From assembly GCA_026993265.1 (NCBI GenBank), contig JALWTY010000175.1:1-35685 (forward strand): a stretch of 35,685 nucleotides of DNA, read 5' to 3'. The position numbers were made by a program, and so were the translations under genes. The DNA comes from Desulfobacterales bacterium. GTDB lineage: Bacteria > Desulfobacterota > Desulfobulbia > Desulfobulbales > JAJRZW01. Positions 1-7,384 of this stretch are shown here, in pieces. The stretch's first letter is position 1, and each line of letters starts with the position of its first letter. A model generated the notes under the pieces. That model was not told the DNA's origin, did no database searches, and worked only from the letters and a program-made list of their open reading frames with translations.

Positions 1-80
1 CAAAAGCAGAAAGGCAAAAATATCGCAAGGTTAAACGAGGTATTGCCTTCAGTATCCAGGCAGTTTTTACGATGCCGTCA
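1..80 (+). repeat. Right part of a long-form TGA...TCA dispersed repeat (family 1), cut by the window edge
   Basis: Heptad A-tract array CAAAA GCAGAAA GGCAAAA ATATCG and right end TTTTTACGATGCCGTCA, colinear with the copies at 3352, 9009 and 21065. Confidence 0.75.
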
Positions 81-81
81 A

Positions 82-238
82 TGATGGACTCGTAACAACG
101 GGTCCATCATCCGCCGCAGGACGCGGAGGCGAAATTGCGCTGTTTGAAAAACTGCGTAATTTCGAGAGGAAAGCCGAAGCTACGCTTTGGCTTTCCGTTG
201 AGTAACAACGGCAGGAAGCCGTTGTTACGATTTCATCA
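82..238. repeat. Family-1 element variant with 20-bp terminal inverted repeats and internal hairpins
   Basis: TGATGGACTCGTAACAACGG (82-101) vs CCGTTGTTACGATTTCATCA (219-238), 2 mismatches. Internal stems at 130-164, 168-196 and 202-228. Confidence 0.8.
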
Positions 239-270
239 TCAATTGTCAGGTAAAAATATAAAGGACAGAG

Positions 271-1005
271 GTGCGAACATTGCGGGAAGTAATAAGGAAT
301 CTCGTGCAGTTGCAGGCGGTTGATCTTGAGATAAAGAAGATCGACGAGGAACTGGCCGCGGCCAGCTCCGAGCTTGAAGCCATGCGCAAAAGCGTCGCCG
401 ACCACCAGGAGGCCATTGCCGAATACACCGCCAGGCTTGAGGAGGGCGAGGCCCGCCGCAAGGAGCTCGAGGCTGCGGTGGAAGAGGCCCAGGCCATGAT
501 CAAGGACCGGCAGAACAAGCTGATGAGCGTCCAGACCAACCGGGAGTACCAGTCCCTGCTCAAGGAGATCGACGACGCCAAGGCCGCCAACAAGGAGCGC
601 GAGGACGAGATCGTCCGGATCCTTGAGGAGGCCGAGTACGTCCAGGCCCGGCTGGACGAGCGCCGCGAGGTCTGCGAAAAGGAGGAGAAGGCCCTGGCCG
701 CGGCCGAGAAGGAGGCGGTGGACAAGGAGAAGAAGCTGAACGGGTCTCGCGAGAAGATCCTCAAGAAGCGGGATGCCGCAGCCAAAAAACTCGACGAGAA
801 ACGCCTCGGCCGCTACGAGAAGATCCGCGAGGTCCGCGACGGGGTCGCGGTGGTCGGGGTGAGGGACGGGGTATGCTACGGCTGTTACATGAACGTGCCC
901 CCGCAGCTCTACAACAACCTGCTCAAGGAGGACGCCCTGCTCTCCTGCCCCACCTGCAACCGGATGATATACTACATGCCCGAGCCCGAGACCACGGAAG
1001 GGTAG
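271..1005 (+). CDS. C4-type zinc-ribbon coiled-coil protein (DUF164/CT398-like)
   Basis: Long coiled coil (LQAVDLEI...EYQSLLKEI) and C-terminal CYGC...CPTCNR zinc ribbon. Start is GTG271 or TTG280. Confidence 0.9.
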   Translation: MRTLREVIRNLVQLQAVDLEIKKIDEELAAASSELEAMRKSVADHQEAIAEYTARLEEGEARRKELEAAVEEAQAMIKDRQNKLMSVQTNREYQSLLKEIDDAKAANKEREDEIVRILEEAEYVQARLDERREVCEKEEKALAAAEKEAVDKEKKLNGSREKILKKRDAAAKKLDEKRLGRYEKIREVRDGVAVVGVRDGVCYGCYMNVPPQLYNNLLKEDALLSCPTCNRMIYYMPEPETTEG

Positions 1006-1010
1006 GGTGA

Positions 1011-1607
1011 GTGAATCCGTTACGGTCACAATCGTATTCCCGGGTGCTTGCCGCCCTGGCGGAAAACCTTGGCGACGCCGAGATCCGGGCCGCGGTTCCG
1101 GATGCTGATCCGGCTGAAGTGAGGAAAATCCTGCGGGAGCTGGCCGGAAGGTTCCGGCCGGCGGTGGAGGGGGACAGCCGCAGTGCTGCTGACGCGGTCC
1201 CTGACGCCGCGGTCCTGTTCACCGACGGCGCAAGCCGCGGCAACCCCGGCGAGGCCGGGGCCGGGGCGGTGCTCACCGGGCCGGACGGCCGGGAGATCGC
1301 GTCCGGGCGCTGGTATCTCGGCCGGGTCACCAACAACGCGGCCGAGTACCTGGCCCTGATCCACGGCCTGGAAGAGGCCGCGGCCCGGGGGATAAAAAGA
1401 CTCGAGGTCCGCATGGACTCGGAACTGGTGGTCAGGCAGCTCAACGGCCGGTACCGGGTGAAGGACGCGGGTCTGAAGAAACTTTTCAGTCAGGTGCAGG
1501 AGTTGCGGCAGCGTTTCAGCCGGATTACCTTTACCCATGTGCGGCGGGAACAGAACCGCCGCGCCGACCGGCTCGCCAACGAGGCCATCGACCGGAAGGG
1601 CCGGTGA
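1011..1607 (+). CDS. rnhA: Ribonuclease HI (archaeal/Rv2228c-like type) with a short N-terminal extension
   Basis: Motifs FTDGASRGNPG, TNNAAEY, DSELVVRQ, HVRREQNRRADRLAN. Confidence 0.92.
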   Translation: MNPLRSQSYSRVLAALAENLGDAEIRAAVPDADPAEVRKILRELAGRFRPAVEGDSRSAADAVPDAAVLFTDGASRGNPGEAGAGAVLTGPDGREIASGRWYLGRVTNNAAEYLALIHGLEEAAARGIKRLEVRMDSELVVRQLNGRYRVKDAGLKKLFSQVQELRQRFSRITFTHVRREQNRRADRLANEAIDRKGR

Positions 1608-1696
1608 CAGACGCAATTTCCGCGACGCGGATGGCTAAGCAGAAATTGCGATTGCAAGGAGTCAGCGTGGAGCGAAAGCGAAAAATATCCGGAAAG

Positions 1697-2047
1697 GCGC
1701 AGTGGCTGCGTGGCCGCTGCCTGCCCGCGCAGGCAGAGGAAAGTCCGAACTCCGCAGGGCAGGATGGTTCGTAACGCGAACGCCGGGCGACCGGGGGAAA
1801 GTGCCACAGAAAAGATACCGCCCCTTTCGAGGGGTAAGGGTGAAATGGCGAGGTAAGAGCTCACCGCTTTCATGGCGACATGAAAGGCATGGCAAACCCC
1901 ATCCGGAGCAAGACCAAATAGGGAGACGTTCGAGGGCGGCCCGTCCGATGTCTCCGGGTAGGTCGCAGGAGGGGCCGGGCGACCGGTCTCCAAGATAAAT
2001 GGCCACACCCCTTTGGGGCACAGAATTCGGCTTACAGGTCGCTGCGT
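1697..2047 (+). ncRNA. rnpB: RNase P RNA, bacterial class A
   Basis: GAGGAAAGTCCGAACTC, GAAAGTGCCACAGAAA, GGTAAGAGCTCACC, GGCAAACCCCATCCGGAGCAAG, ACAGAATTCGGCTTAC. P1 pairing GCGCAGTGGC/GTCGCTGCGT. Ends approximate. Confidence 0.97.
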
Positions 2048-2062
2048 CTTTCCGGGTATTTT

Positions 2063-2198
2063 TGATGGCGCCGCAGAAATTGCGATCTGCGTGTCACAGC
2101 GGGGTCGCGCAATACTCGGCGTACCTGAACCCCTGCATTCCTTGTGATCCTTCGCTGCCTGTCCATGGGGCATGGCTGCGGTTTTTTACGGATTCCCA
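2063..2198. repeat. Probable degenerate family-1-like element between rnpB and ispDF
   Basis: Left TGATGGCGCCGCAGAAA and right TTTTTTACGGATTCCCA resemble the family ends. 2064-2086 matches 1630-1652 at 20/23. Confidence 0.45.
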
Positions 2199-3418
2199 TG
2201 GCCGATATAAAAGAACTCACCGTGGCCGCGGTCATTCCTGCCGGCGGGGCCGGTCTGCGCATGGGCGCGGACCGGCCCAAGCAGTTTCTGCCCCTAGCCG
2301 GGGCGCCGCTGCTTGCGCGGACAGTGGCGGTGTTCGCGGCGATGGAGGAGATAAGCGAGGTGGTGGTGGCGCTTCCGGCCGCCCATCTCGATGAGGGGCG
2401 GCGGCTGCTCGCCGGTATTCCCGGTCTGCGCCTGGTCACGGGCGGCGTTACCCGGCAGGAATCGGTGGCCCGCGGCCTTGCCGCGCTGGATGACAGGGTT
2501 GATGTCGTCCTGGTCCACGACGGGGCCCGGCCGCTGGTCTCCGCTGAACTGGTGCGCGCGTGCATCGAGGCCGCGGCCGGGGACGGCGCGGCCGTGGCTG
2601 CGGTGCCGGTGGCCGACACCCTGAAGCGGGTGGAAGACGGCCGGATCGTGGCCACGGTGGAGCGCGACGGGCTCTGGCGGGCCCAGACTCCGCAGGCGGC
2701 GCGTCTCTCCCTCTTGCGTCGGGCCATGGCCGCCGCGGACGAGGAAGGCTTCACCGGCACGGACGAGTGTTCGCTCCTCGAGCGCGCCGGCGTTCCGGTG
2801 ACCGTGGTGCCTGGCGCGGAGAGCAACCTCAAGGTGACCAGACCGGAGGACATGATGATAGCCGAAGCCATGCTTGGCCGGGCAGAACCCCCGAGGATCG
2901 GCCACGGTTACGACGCTCACCGTTTCGCCGCCGGCCGCGAACTCGTCCTCGGTGGGGTGCGGATAGACTGGGACCTTGGCCTCGACGGCCATTCCGACGC
3001 CGACGTCCTCTGCCACGCGGTCTGCGACGCCATCCTCGGCGCCCTGGCCGCGGGCGACATCGGCAGCCACTTCCCGGACAGCGATCCCGCCTACCGTGGG
3101 ATATCGAGCCTGAAACTCCTGGAGGAGGTGGCGGCAATGGCCGGGAAGAGGGGCTGGATGGTGGCCGGTCTCGATGCCACTGTCATCGCCCAGGCCCCTA
3201 AGCTTGCGCCCCACATCAGCGCCATGCGTGAAAACCTGGCCAGGAGCGCCGGAATATCCCCGGACCGGGTCAGCGTCAAGGCCACCACCACCGAAAAGAT
3301 GGGGTTCTGCGGCCGTGGCGAAGGCATCGCCGCCCATGCGGTGGTCATGCTTGACCGGCTCGTAAAAGGCCCGCTTTTGCGGCATTTTTACGAGCCGGAA
3401 GGCAAAAGTCAAAAGTAA
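2198..3418 (+). CDS. ispDF: Bifunctional IspD/IspF (MEP cytidylyltransferase / MECDP synthase)
   Basis: IspD motifs AGGAGLRMG..PKQFL, VLVHDGARP, AQTPQ; IspF motifs RIGHGYDAH, GHSDADV, KATTTEKMG. Last 21 aa come from a repeat element. Confidence 0.96.
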   Translation: MADIKELTVAAVIPAGGAGLRMGADRPKQFLPLAGAPLLARTVAVFAAMEEISEVVVALPAAHLDEGRRLLAGIPGLRLVTGGVTRQESVARGLAALDDRVDVVLVHDGARPLVSAELVRACIEAAAGDGAAVAAVPVADTLKRVEDGRIVATVERDGLWRAQTPQAARLSLLRRAMAAADEEGFTGTDECSLLERAGVPVTVVPGAESNLKVTRPEDMMIAEAMLGRAEPPRIGHGYDAHRFAAGRELVLGGVRIDWDLGLDGHSDADVLCHAVCDAILGALAAGDIGSHFPDSDPAYRGISSLKLLEEVAAMAGKRGWMVAGLDATVIAQAPKLAPHISAMRENLARSAGISPDRVSVKATTTEKMGFCGRGEGIAAHAVVMLDRLVKGPLLRHFYEPEGKSQK

Positions 3419-3496
3419 AAAGTCAAAAGTATCGGTAGGTTACGAATCAGGCATTTTGTGCCTTCGGTGCTGTCCCGGGTTTTTACGAGGCCATCA
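3352..3496. mobile_element. Long-form family-1 MITE-like element, 145 bp, inserted in the 3' end of ispDF
   Basis: Ends TGACCGGCTCGTAAAA / TTTTTACGAGGCCATCA. Exact direct repeat TCATGCTTGA at 3345-3354 and 3494-3503. Confidence 0.8.
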
Positions 3497-3516
3497 TGCT
3501 TGAGGGGTTTAGGGAC

Positions 3517-4065
3517 TTAGGGGGCGGTGGCCCCGTAGCTTGCGATTTTGCTGTGGATCGCCCCGCCCGGGGCAAGGCGGCTCTCGTAGAGGTGGAAACG
3601 CTCCACGGTGAAGGCCGGGCTGGCAAGGCCGCCGTGGAGGGCGAGGAAGTCGCGCACCTGCCTGGTGACCGGTCTCTTGAGCCTTGCGAGGGTGAGGTGG
3701 GGGTGATACCTTCTTCCCTCCGGCGCGATCCCGGCCCGGTTGACCAGGCGGGTCTCGATCCTTGCCTGGAGGGCGAAGAGTTCCTCCGACCTGGCCAGCC
3801 CGGCCCAGAGAATCCGGGGCATGCCCCTGGGCGGGAAGACGCCGCAGCCGGCAAGGGAGATGGAGAAGGGCGCGAACTGGAGTTCGCGCAGGACCTCGTC
3901 GATCCTCCTGGTGGTGAGCCGGTCCACCTCGCCGATGAAGCGCAGGGTCAGGTGGATCTGTTCCTCCGGGGTCCAGCGGACTCCTTTCAGCCCGAAACAG
4001 ATGCGGGCCAGGCCGGCGCGGATGTTGTCCGGCGGATCGATGGCGATGAAGAGACGGTCGAGCAT
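3517..4065 (-). CDS. thpR: RNA 2',3'-cyclic phosphodiesterase (2H family, LigT/ThpR)
   Basis: RLFIAI start and two HxT motifs (HLTLRFIG, HPHLTLAR). Start at ATG4065. Confidence 0.93.
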   Translation of the reverse strand: MLDRLFIAIDPPDNIRAGLARICFGLKGVRWTPEEQIHLTLRFIGEVDRLTTRRIDEVLRELQFAPFSISLAGCGVFPPRGMPRILWAGLARSEELFALQARIETRLVNRAGIAPEGRRYHPHLTLARLKRPVTRQVRDFLALHGGLASPAFTVERFHLYESRLAPGGAIHSKIASYGATAP

Positions 4066-4089
4066 GGCAGGCCTGCCGAAAGGGATGAG

Positions 4090-4773
4090 ATGACCGGAAA
4101 GATCTGTGTCTCCATAGCCGCGGCCACCCCGGCGGAGGTGGCGTCCGCGGCCGCGGCCGCGGCCTCGGCCGACGTGATCGAGGTGCGCCTCGACGCCCTC
4201 GCCTCCCGGGTGAGTATAGACGATTTCGCCGCCGCCGGAAACGGGGGCCGCGAGCTCCTCTTCACCAACCGGCCCCCCTGGGAAGGCGGCGGCTTCTCCG
4301 GCAGCGAGGAGGAGCGGACCGCGCCCCTGATCGAGGCGGCGGGCCGCGGGTTCTGGGCCGACATCGAGCTTTCCGCCCCGGAGGCGAGCCGCCGGGCCGT
4401 GATCGGGGCCGCGGCCCCGGACGCCAGGGTGATCGTATCCTGGCACGACTTCTCATCCACCCCGGACCCGCGGGAGCTTTCCGCCATCCTGGCCCGGATG
4501 GCCGAGAGCGGCGCCCATGTGGGCAAGATCGTGACCACGGCCCACGGCCCGAACGATGTCCTGCGGGTGTTGTCCCTGCTGGAAGAGGCCGCGGCCCGGG
4601 ATTTTCCCCTGATCGCCTTCTGCATGGGCGAGGCGGGCCGGATAAGCCGGGTGGCCACCCTGTTCCTCGGCGGTTTCATGAGCTACGTTGCCCCGGACGA
4701 GGGCGGCGGGGCCACCGCGCCGGGGCAGCTCACCCTTTCCGCCATGCGGCGGATCATCGGGGAGATGGCATGA
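4090..4773 (+). CDS. aroD: Type I 3-dehydroquinate dehydratase
   Basis: ICVSI, IEVRLD, LFTNRPPWEGG, IVSWHDF, KIVT, MGEAGRISR, APGQ. Confidence 0.93.
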   Translation: MTGKICVSIAAATPAEVASAAAAAASADVIEVRLDALASRVSIDDFAAAGNGGRELLFTNRPPWEGGGFSGSEEERTAPLIEAAGRGFWADIELSAPEASRRAVIGAAAPDARVIVSWHDFSSTPDPRELSAILARMAESGAHVGKIVTTAHGPNDVLRVLSLLEEAAARDFPLIAFCMGEAGRISRVATLFLGGFMSYVAPDEGGGATAPGQLTLSAMRRIIGEMA

Positions 4774-5582
4774 AGATAGACGGCGCCACCCTGGTCCACG
4801 GCATCATCGGCAAGCCCGTGGCCCACAGCCTGAGCCCGGCCATGCACAACAGCGCCTTTGCGGCCCTGGGCATGAACCGGGTCTACGTCGCCTTCGAGGT
4901 CAGCGACCTGCCCCGGGCCGTGGCCGGGATCCGCGGCCTCGGCCTGGCCGGGCTCAGCGTCACCATTCCCCACAAGGAGGCGATAATCCCCCATCTCGAC
5001 GAGGTCGAGCCGGTGGCCGCGGCCATCGGCGCGGTCAACACCGTGGTCTGCCGCGGCGGCAGGCTCGTGGGGCACAACACCGACTGGACCGGCGCCAACC
5101 GGGCCCTGGCCCGGGAGATGGAGCTTGCCGGCAGCCGGGTGGTTCTCATCGGCGCGGGCGGCGCGGCCCGGGCCATAGGCTTTGGACTGATCGAGGCCGG
5201 GGCCGGGGTGGTGGTGGCCAACCGCGGCCGCGAGCGGGGCGAGGCCCTGGCCCGCGACCTTGGCTGCGGTTTCGTCCCCCTTGAGGAGATGGAAGATGTC
5301 AGCGGCGACGCCCTGGTGAACGCGACCAGCGTGGGCATGGAGCCTGATGTGGAAAAGTGCCCGGTCCCGGCGGCGGCCGTGAAGAGATTCCCCGTGGTCA
5401 TGGACATCGTGTACGCGCCGGTGCGCACCCGGCTCCTTGCCGAGGCCGAGGCGGCCGGGTGCCGGGTGGTGAACGGCCTCGAGATGCTGCTTTACCAGGG
5501 CATGGCCCAGTTCGAGCTCTGGACCGGGGAGAAGGCCCCGGAGGAGGTCATGCGCGGGGTGCTGGAGGAGAGGTTCGGATGA
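4770..5582 (+). CDS. aroE: Shikimate dehydrogenase
   Basis: HSLSPAMHN, VTIPHK, GAVNT, NTD, GAGGAARA, NATSVGM, DIVY. ATGA overlap with aroD. Confidence 0.96.
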   Translation: MKIDGATLVHGIIGKPVAHSLSPAMHNSAFAALGMNRVYVAFEVSDLPRAVAGIRGLGLAGLSVTIPHKEAIIPHLDEVEPVAAAIGAVNTVVCRGGRLVGHNTDWTGANRALAREMELAGSRVVLIGAGGAARAIGFGLIEAGAGVVVANRGRERGEALARDLGCGFVPLEEMEDVSGDALVNATSVGMEPDVEKCPVPAAAVKRFPVVMDIVYAPVRTRLLAEAEAAGCRVVNGLEMLLYQGMAQFELWTGEKAPEEVMRGVLEERFG

Positions 5583-6853
5583 AGAGACTTGCGACCGCAG
5601 GCCGGCCGGTGGACGCGGAGGTCCGCGTGCCCGGCTCCAAGAGCATAACCCAGCGGGCCCTGGTGGCAGCGGCCCTGGCCGAGGGCGAGAGCCTGATCCA
5701 CGGCCCCCTGGCCAGCGAGGACACCGAATACACCGCCCGGGCGCTCGCGCTGATGGGGATCGGCGTGGACCGGGAAGGGGACCCCTGGCGGATAAAAGGT
5801 TCCGGCGGCAGGATATCCGCTCCGGACCGGGAGATATACCTGGGCAACAACGGCACCGCCACCCGCATCCTCACCTCCATCGCCGCCCTCGGCCGCGGCC
5901 GCATCGTTATCACCGGCAACGACCGCTTGAGGGAACGGCCCATCCTGCCGCTGGTCCGGGCCCTGCGCGGCTGGGGAGTGGAGATAGACTGCGCTCCCGG
6001 CGGCTGCCCGCCGGTGGAGATAAAGGCCGGCGGCATCGAGGGCGGGGTCACCACGCTCGCGCCCGGGCTTTCGAGCCAGTACCTCTCCTCCCTGCTGCTC
6101 GCGGCTCCCTGCTGCCGCCGTCCCTGCGAGATCAGGATCGAGGGCGAGGTCCTTTCCCGGCCGTACGTGCGCATGACCCTGAAGGTTATGGAACAGTTCG
6201 GCGCCAGGGTGGAGGCGGCGGAGGACCTGTCCTGTTTCCGGGTCCAGCCCTGCGGTTATGCGGCCCGCGACTACCGGGTGGAGGGCGACGCCTCGGGCGC
6301 GTCCTACTTCTGGGCCGCTGCCGCGGTCACCGGCGGCCGGGTGCGGGTTGAGAACGTGCCTGCGGACTCCATGCAGGGCGACGCGGTCTTCGTGGACATC
6401 CTCGCCCGGATGGGCTGCCGGGTGGAGAAGGACCCGGACGGGATAACCGTGTCAGCCCCGCGGCCCCTGCAGGGAATCGAGGTGGACATGGGCGACTGCC
6501 CGGACGTGGTCCCCACCCTGGCGGTGGTGGCCGCCGTTGCCCGCGGCGATACCCGCATCACCAACATCGCCCATCTCCGGGTCAAGGAATGCGACCGGCT
6601 CGCGGTCATGGCCGGGGAACTGGCCAGGGTCGGGATCAAAACCGTGGAGGGGGATGACTGTCTCGTGGTCCGCGGCTGCGGCAAGAGCGGCCTGCCGGAG
6701 CGGGGCACAACGGTTAAGACCCACGACGACCATCGCATCGCCATGAGTTTCGCGGTTCTTGGTCTTGCGGTGCCGGGAATGGCGGTGGACGATCCCGGCT
6801 GCGTGGCCAAGTCTTTTCCTGATTTCTGGGATAGGTTTTCGCGGCTGCTTTGA
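5579..6853 (+). CDS. aroA: EPSP synthase (3-phosphoshikimate 1-carboxyvinyltransferase)
   Basis: VPGSKSITQRAL, GNNGTATR, SSQYLS, LRVKECDRL, DDHRIAMSF, KSFPDFW. ATGA overlap with aroE. Confidence 0.96.
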   Translation: MKRLATAGRPVDAEVRVPGSKSITQRALVAAALAEGESLIHGPLASEDTEYTARALALMGIGVDREGDPWRIKGSGGRISAPDREIYLGNNGTATRILTSIAALGRGRIVITGNDRLRERPILPLVRALRGWGVEIDCAPGGCPPVEIKAGGIEGGVTTLAPGLSSQYLSSLLLAAPCCRRPCEIRIEGEVLSRPYVRMTLKVMEQFGARVEAAEDLSCFRVQPCGYAARDYRVEGDASGASYFWAAAAVTGGRVRVENVPADSMQGDAVFVDILARMGCRVEKDPDGITVSAPRPLQGIEVDMGDCPDVVPTLAVVAAVARGDTRITNIAHLRVKECDRLAVMAGELARVGIKTVEGDDCLVVRGCGKSGLPERGTTVKTHDDHRIAMSFAVLGLAVPGMAVDDPGCVAKSFPDFWDRFSRLL

Positions 6854-6883
6854 ACCTGAATCCGTGAGCGGCGGCGGTTCAGG
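6853..6883. repeat. Family-2 short repeat (CCTGAATYCGTGAG) forming a hairpin between convergent aroA and PilZ genes
   Basis: AACCTGAATCCGTGAGCGGCGGCGGTTCAGG. Related cores at 9167, 28563 and 29287. Confidence 0.6.
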
Positions 6884-7241
6884 CCTTGCCGTTCTCGTCG
6901 TTGAAGGCGCGGAGGTAGCGCCGCAGGACGCGGCGGTCGTTGTCGGTCATCTCGAGGAACTCGATCCCGGCGCAGCACTTTTCCGCGTCGGTGCGGCAGC
7001 ATTCGGAATGGGTGACCCGGCCCTTGATCTCGACCAGGTCGTCGTCGAGGCCGAGGGTGATGAGCATCATCTGTCCCGGCGGGATTTCCATATGAGTCTC
7101 GAGCAGGATGCCCTTCTCGCTGACGTTCAGGGTCCTGGCCATGGCCCGGTTGTAGGGCTTGCCCTCCGGGTCGAGCAGGACGTAGTCCAGGAGGTTCAGG
7201 CTCGGCTTCCTTTCGCTCTCCCTCTTGTCGGCTCCGCTCAT
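6879..7241 (-). CDS. Stand-alone PilZ domain protein
   Basis: RxxxR (RESER) and D/NxSxxG (NVSEKG) c-di-GMP motifs; AGIEF near the end. Confidence 0.9.
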   Translation of the reverse strand: MSGADKRESERKPSLNLLDYVLLDPEGKPYNRAMARTLNVSEKGILLETHMEIPPGQMMLITLGLDDDLVEIKGRVTHSECCRTDAEKCCAGIEFLEMTDNDRRVLRRYLRAFNDENGKA

Positions 7242-7300
7242 ATACCCTTTTCTCCGCTGTTGGTCTTTCCTTGTCCTGCCCTGTAGTTAAAAACTTCCTA

Positions 7301-7329
7301 AAATTAGCGGCAATGGCCTGATTTTGCAA
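7301..7329 (-). promoter_or_regulatory. Candidate sigma70 promoter for the PilZ gene
   Basis: TTGCAA-N17-TAATTT on the minus strand in an AT-rich intergenic region. Confidence 0.4.
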
Positions 7330-7384
7330 GTTCCATCTCCATGAAATCGCGGGCGTTCGGGAACGGGCCTGGTGCAAGGGGATG

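Noticed and set aside
1-238. Possible CRISPR array or riboswitch in the repeat-rich start of the window
   Set aside because: No regular repeat-spacer periodicity and no recognisable riboswitch consensus; explained by family-1 elements
1490-2173. ORFs overlapping rnpB (1490-2173, 1662-2021, 1702-1998)
   Set aside because: Spurious frames across a structured RNA gene
3496-4089. N-terminal 198 aa of the 425-aa ORF 3496-4773
   Set aside because: It is the antisense shadow of thpR; AroD homology starts at ATG4090
7314-7328. Sigma54-like TGGC...TTGCA
   Set aside because: GG-to-GC spacing is one base short and it is on the wrong strand for the adjacent genes
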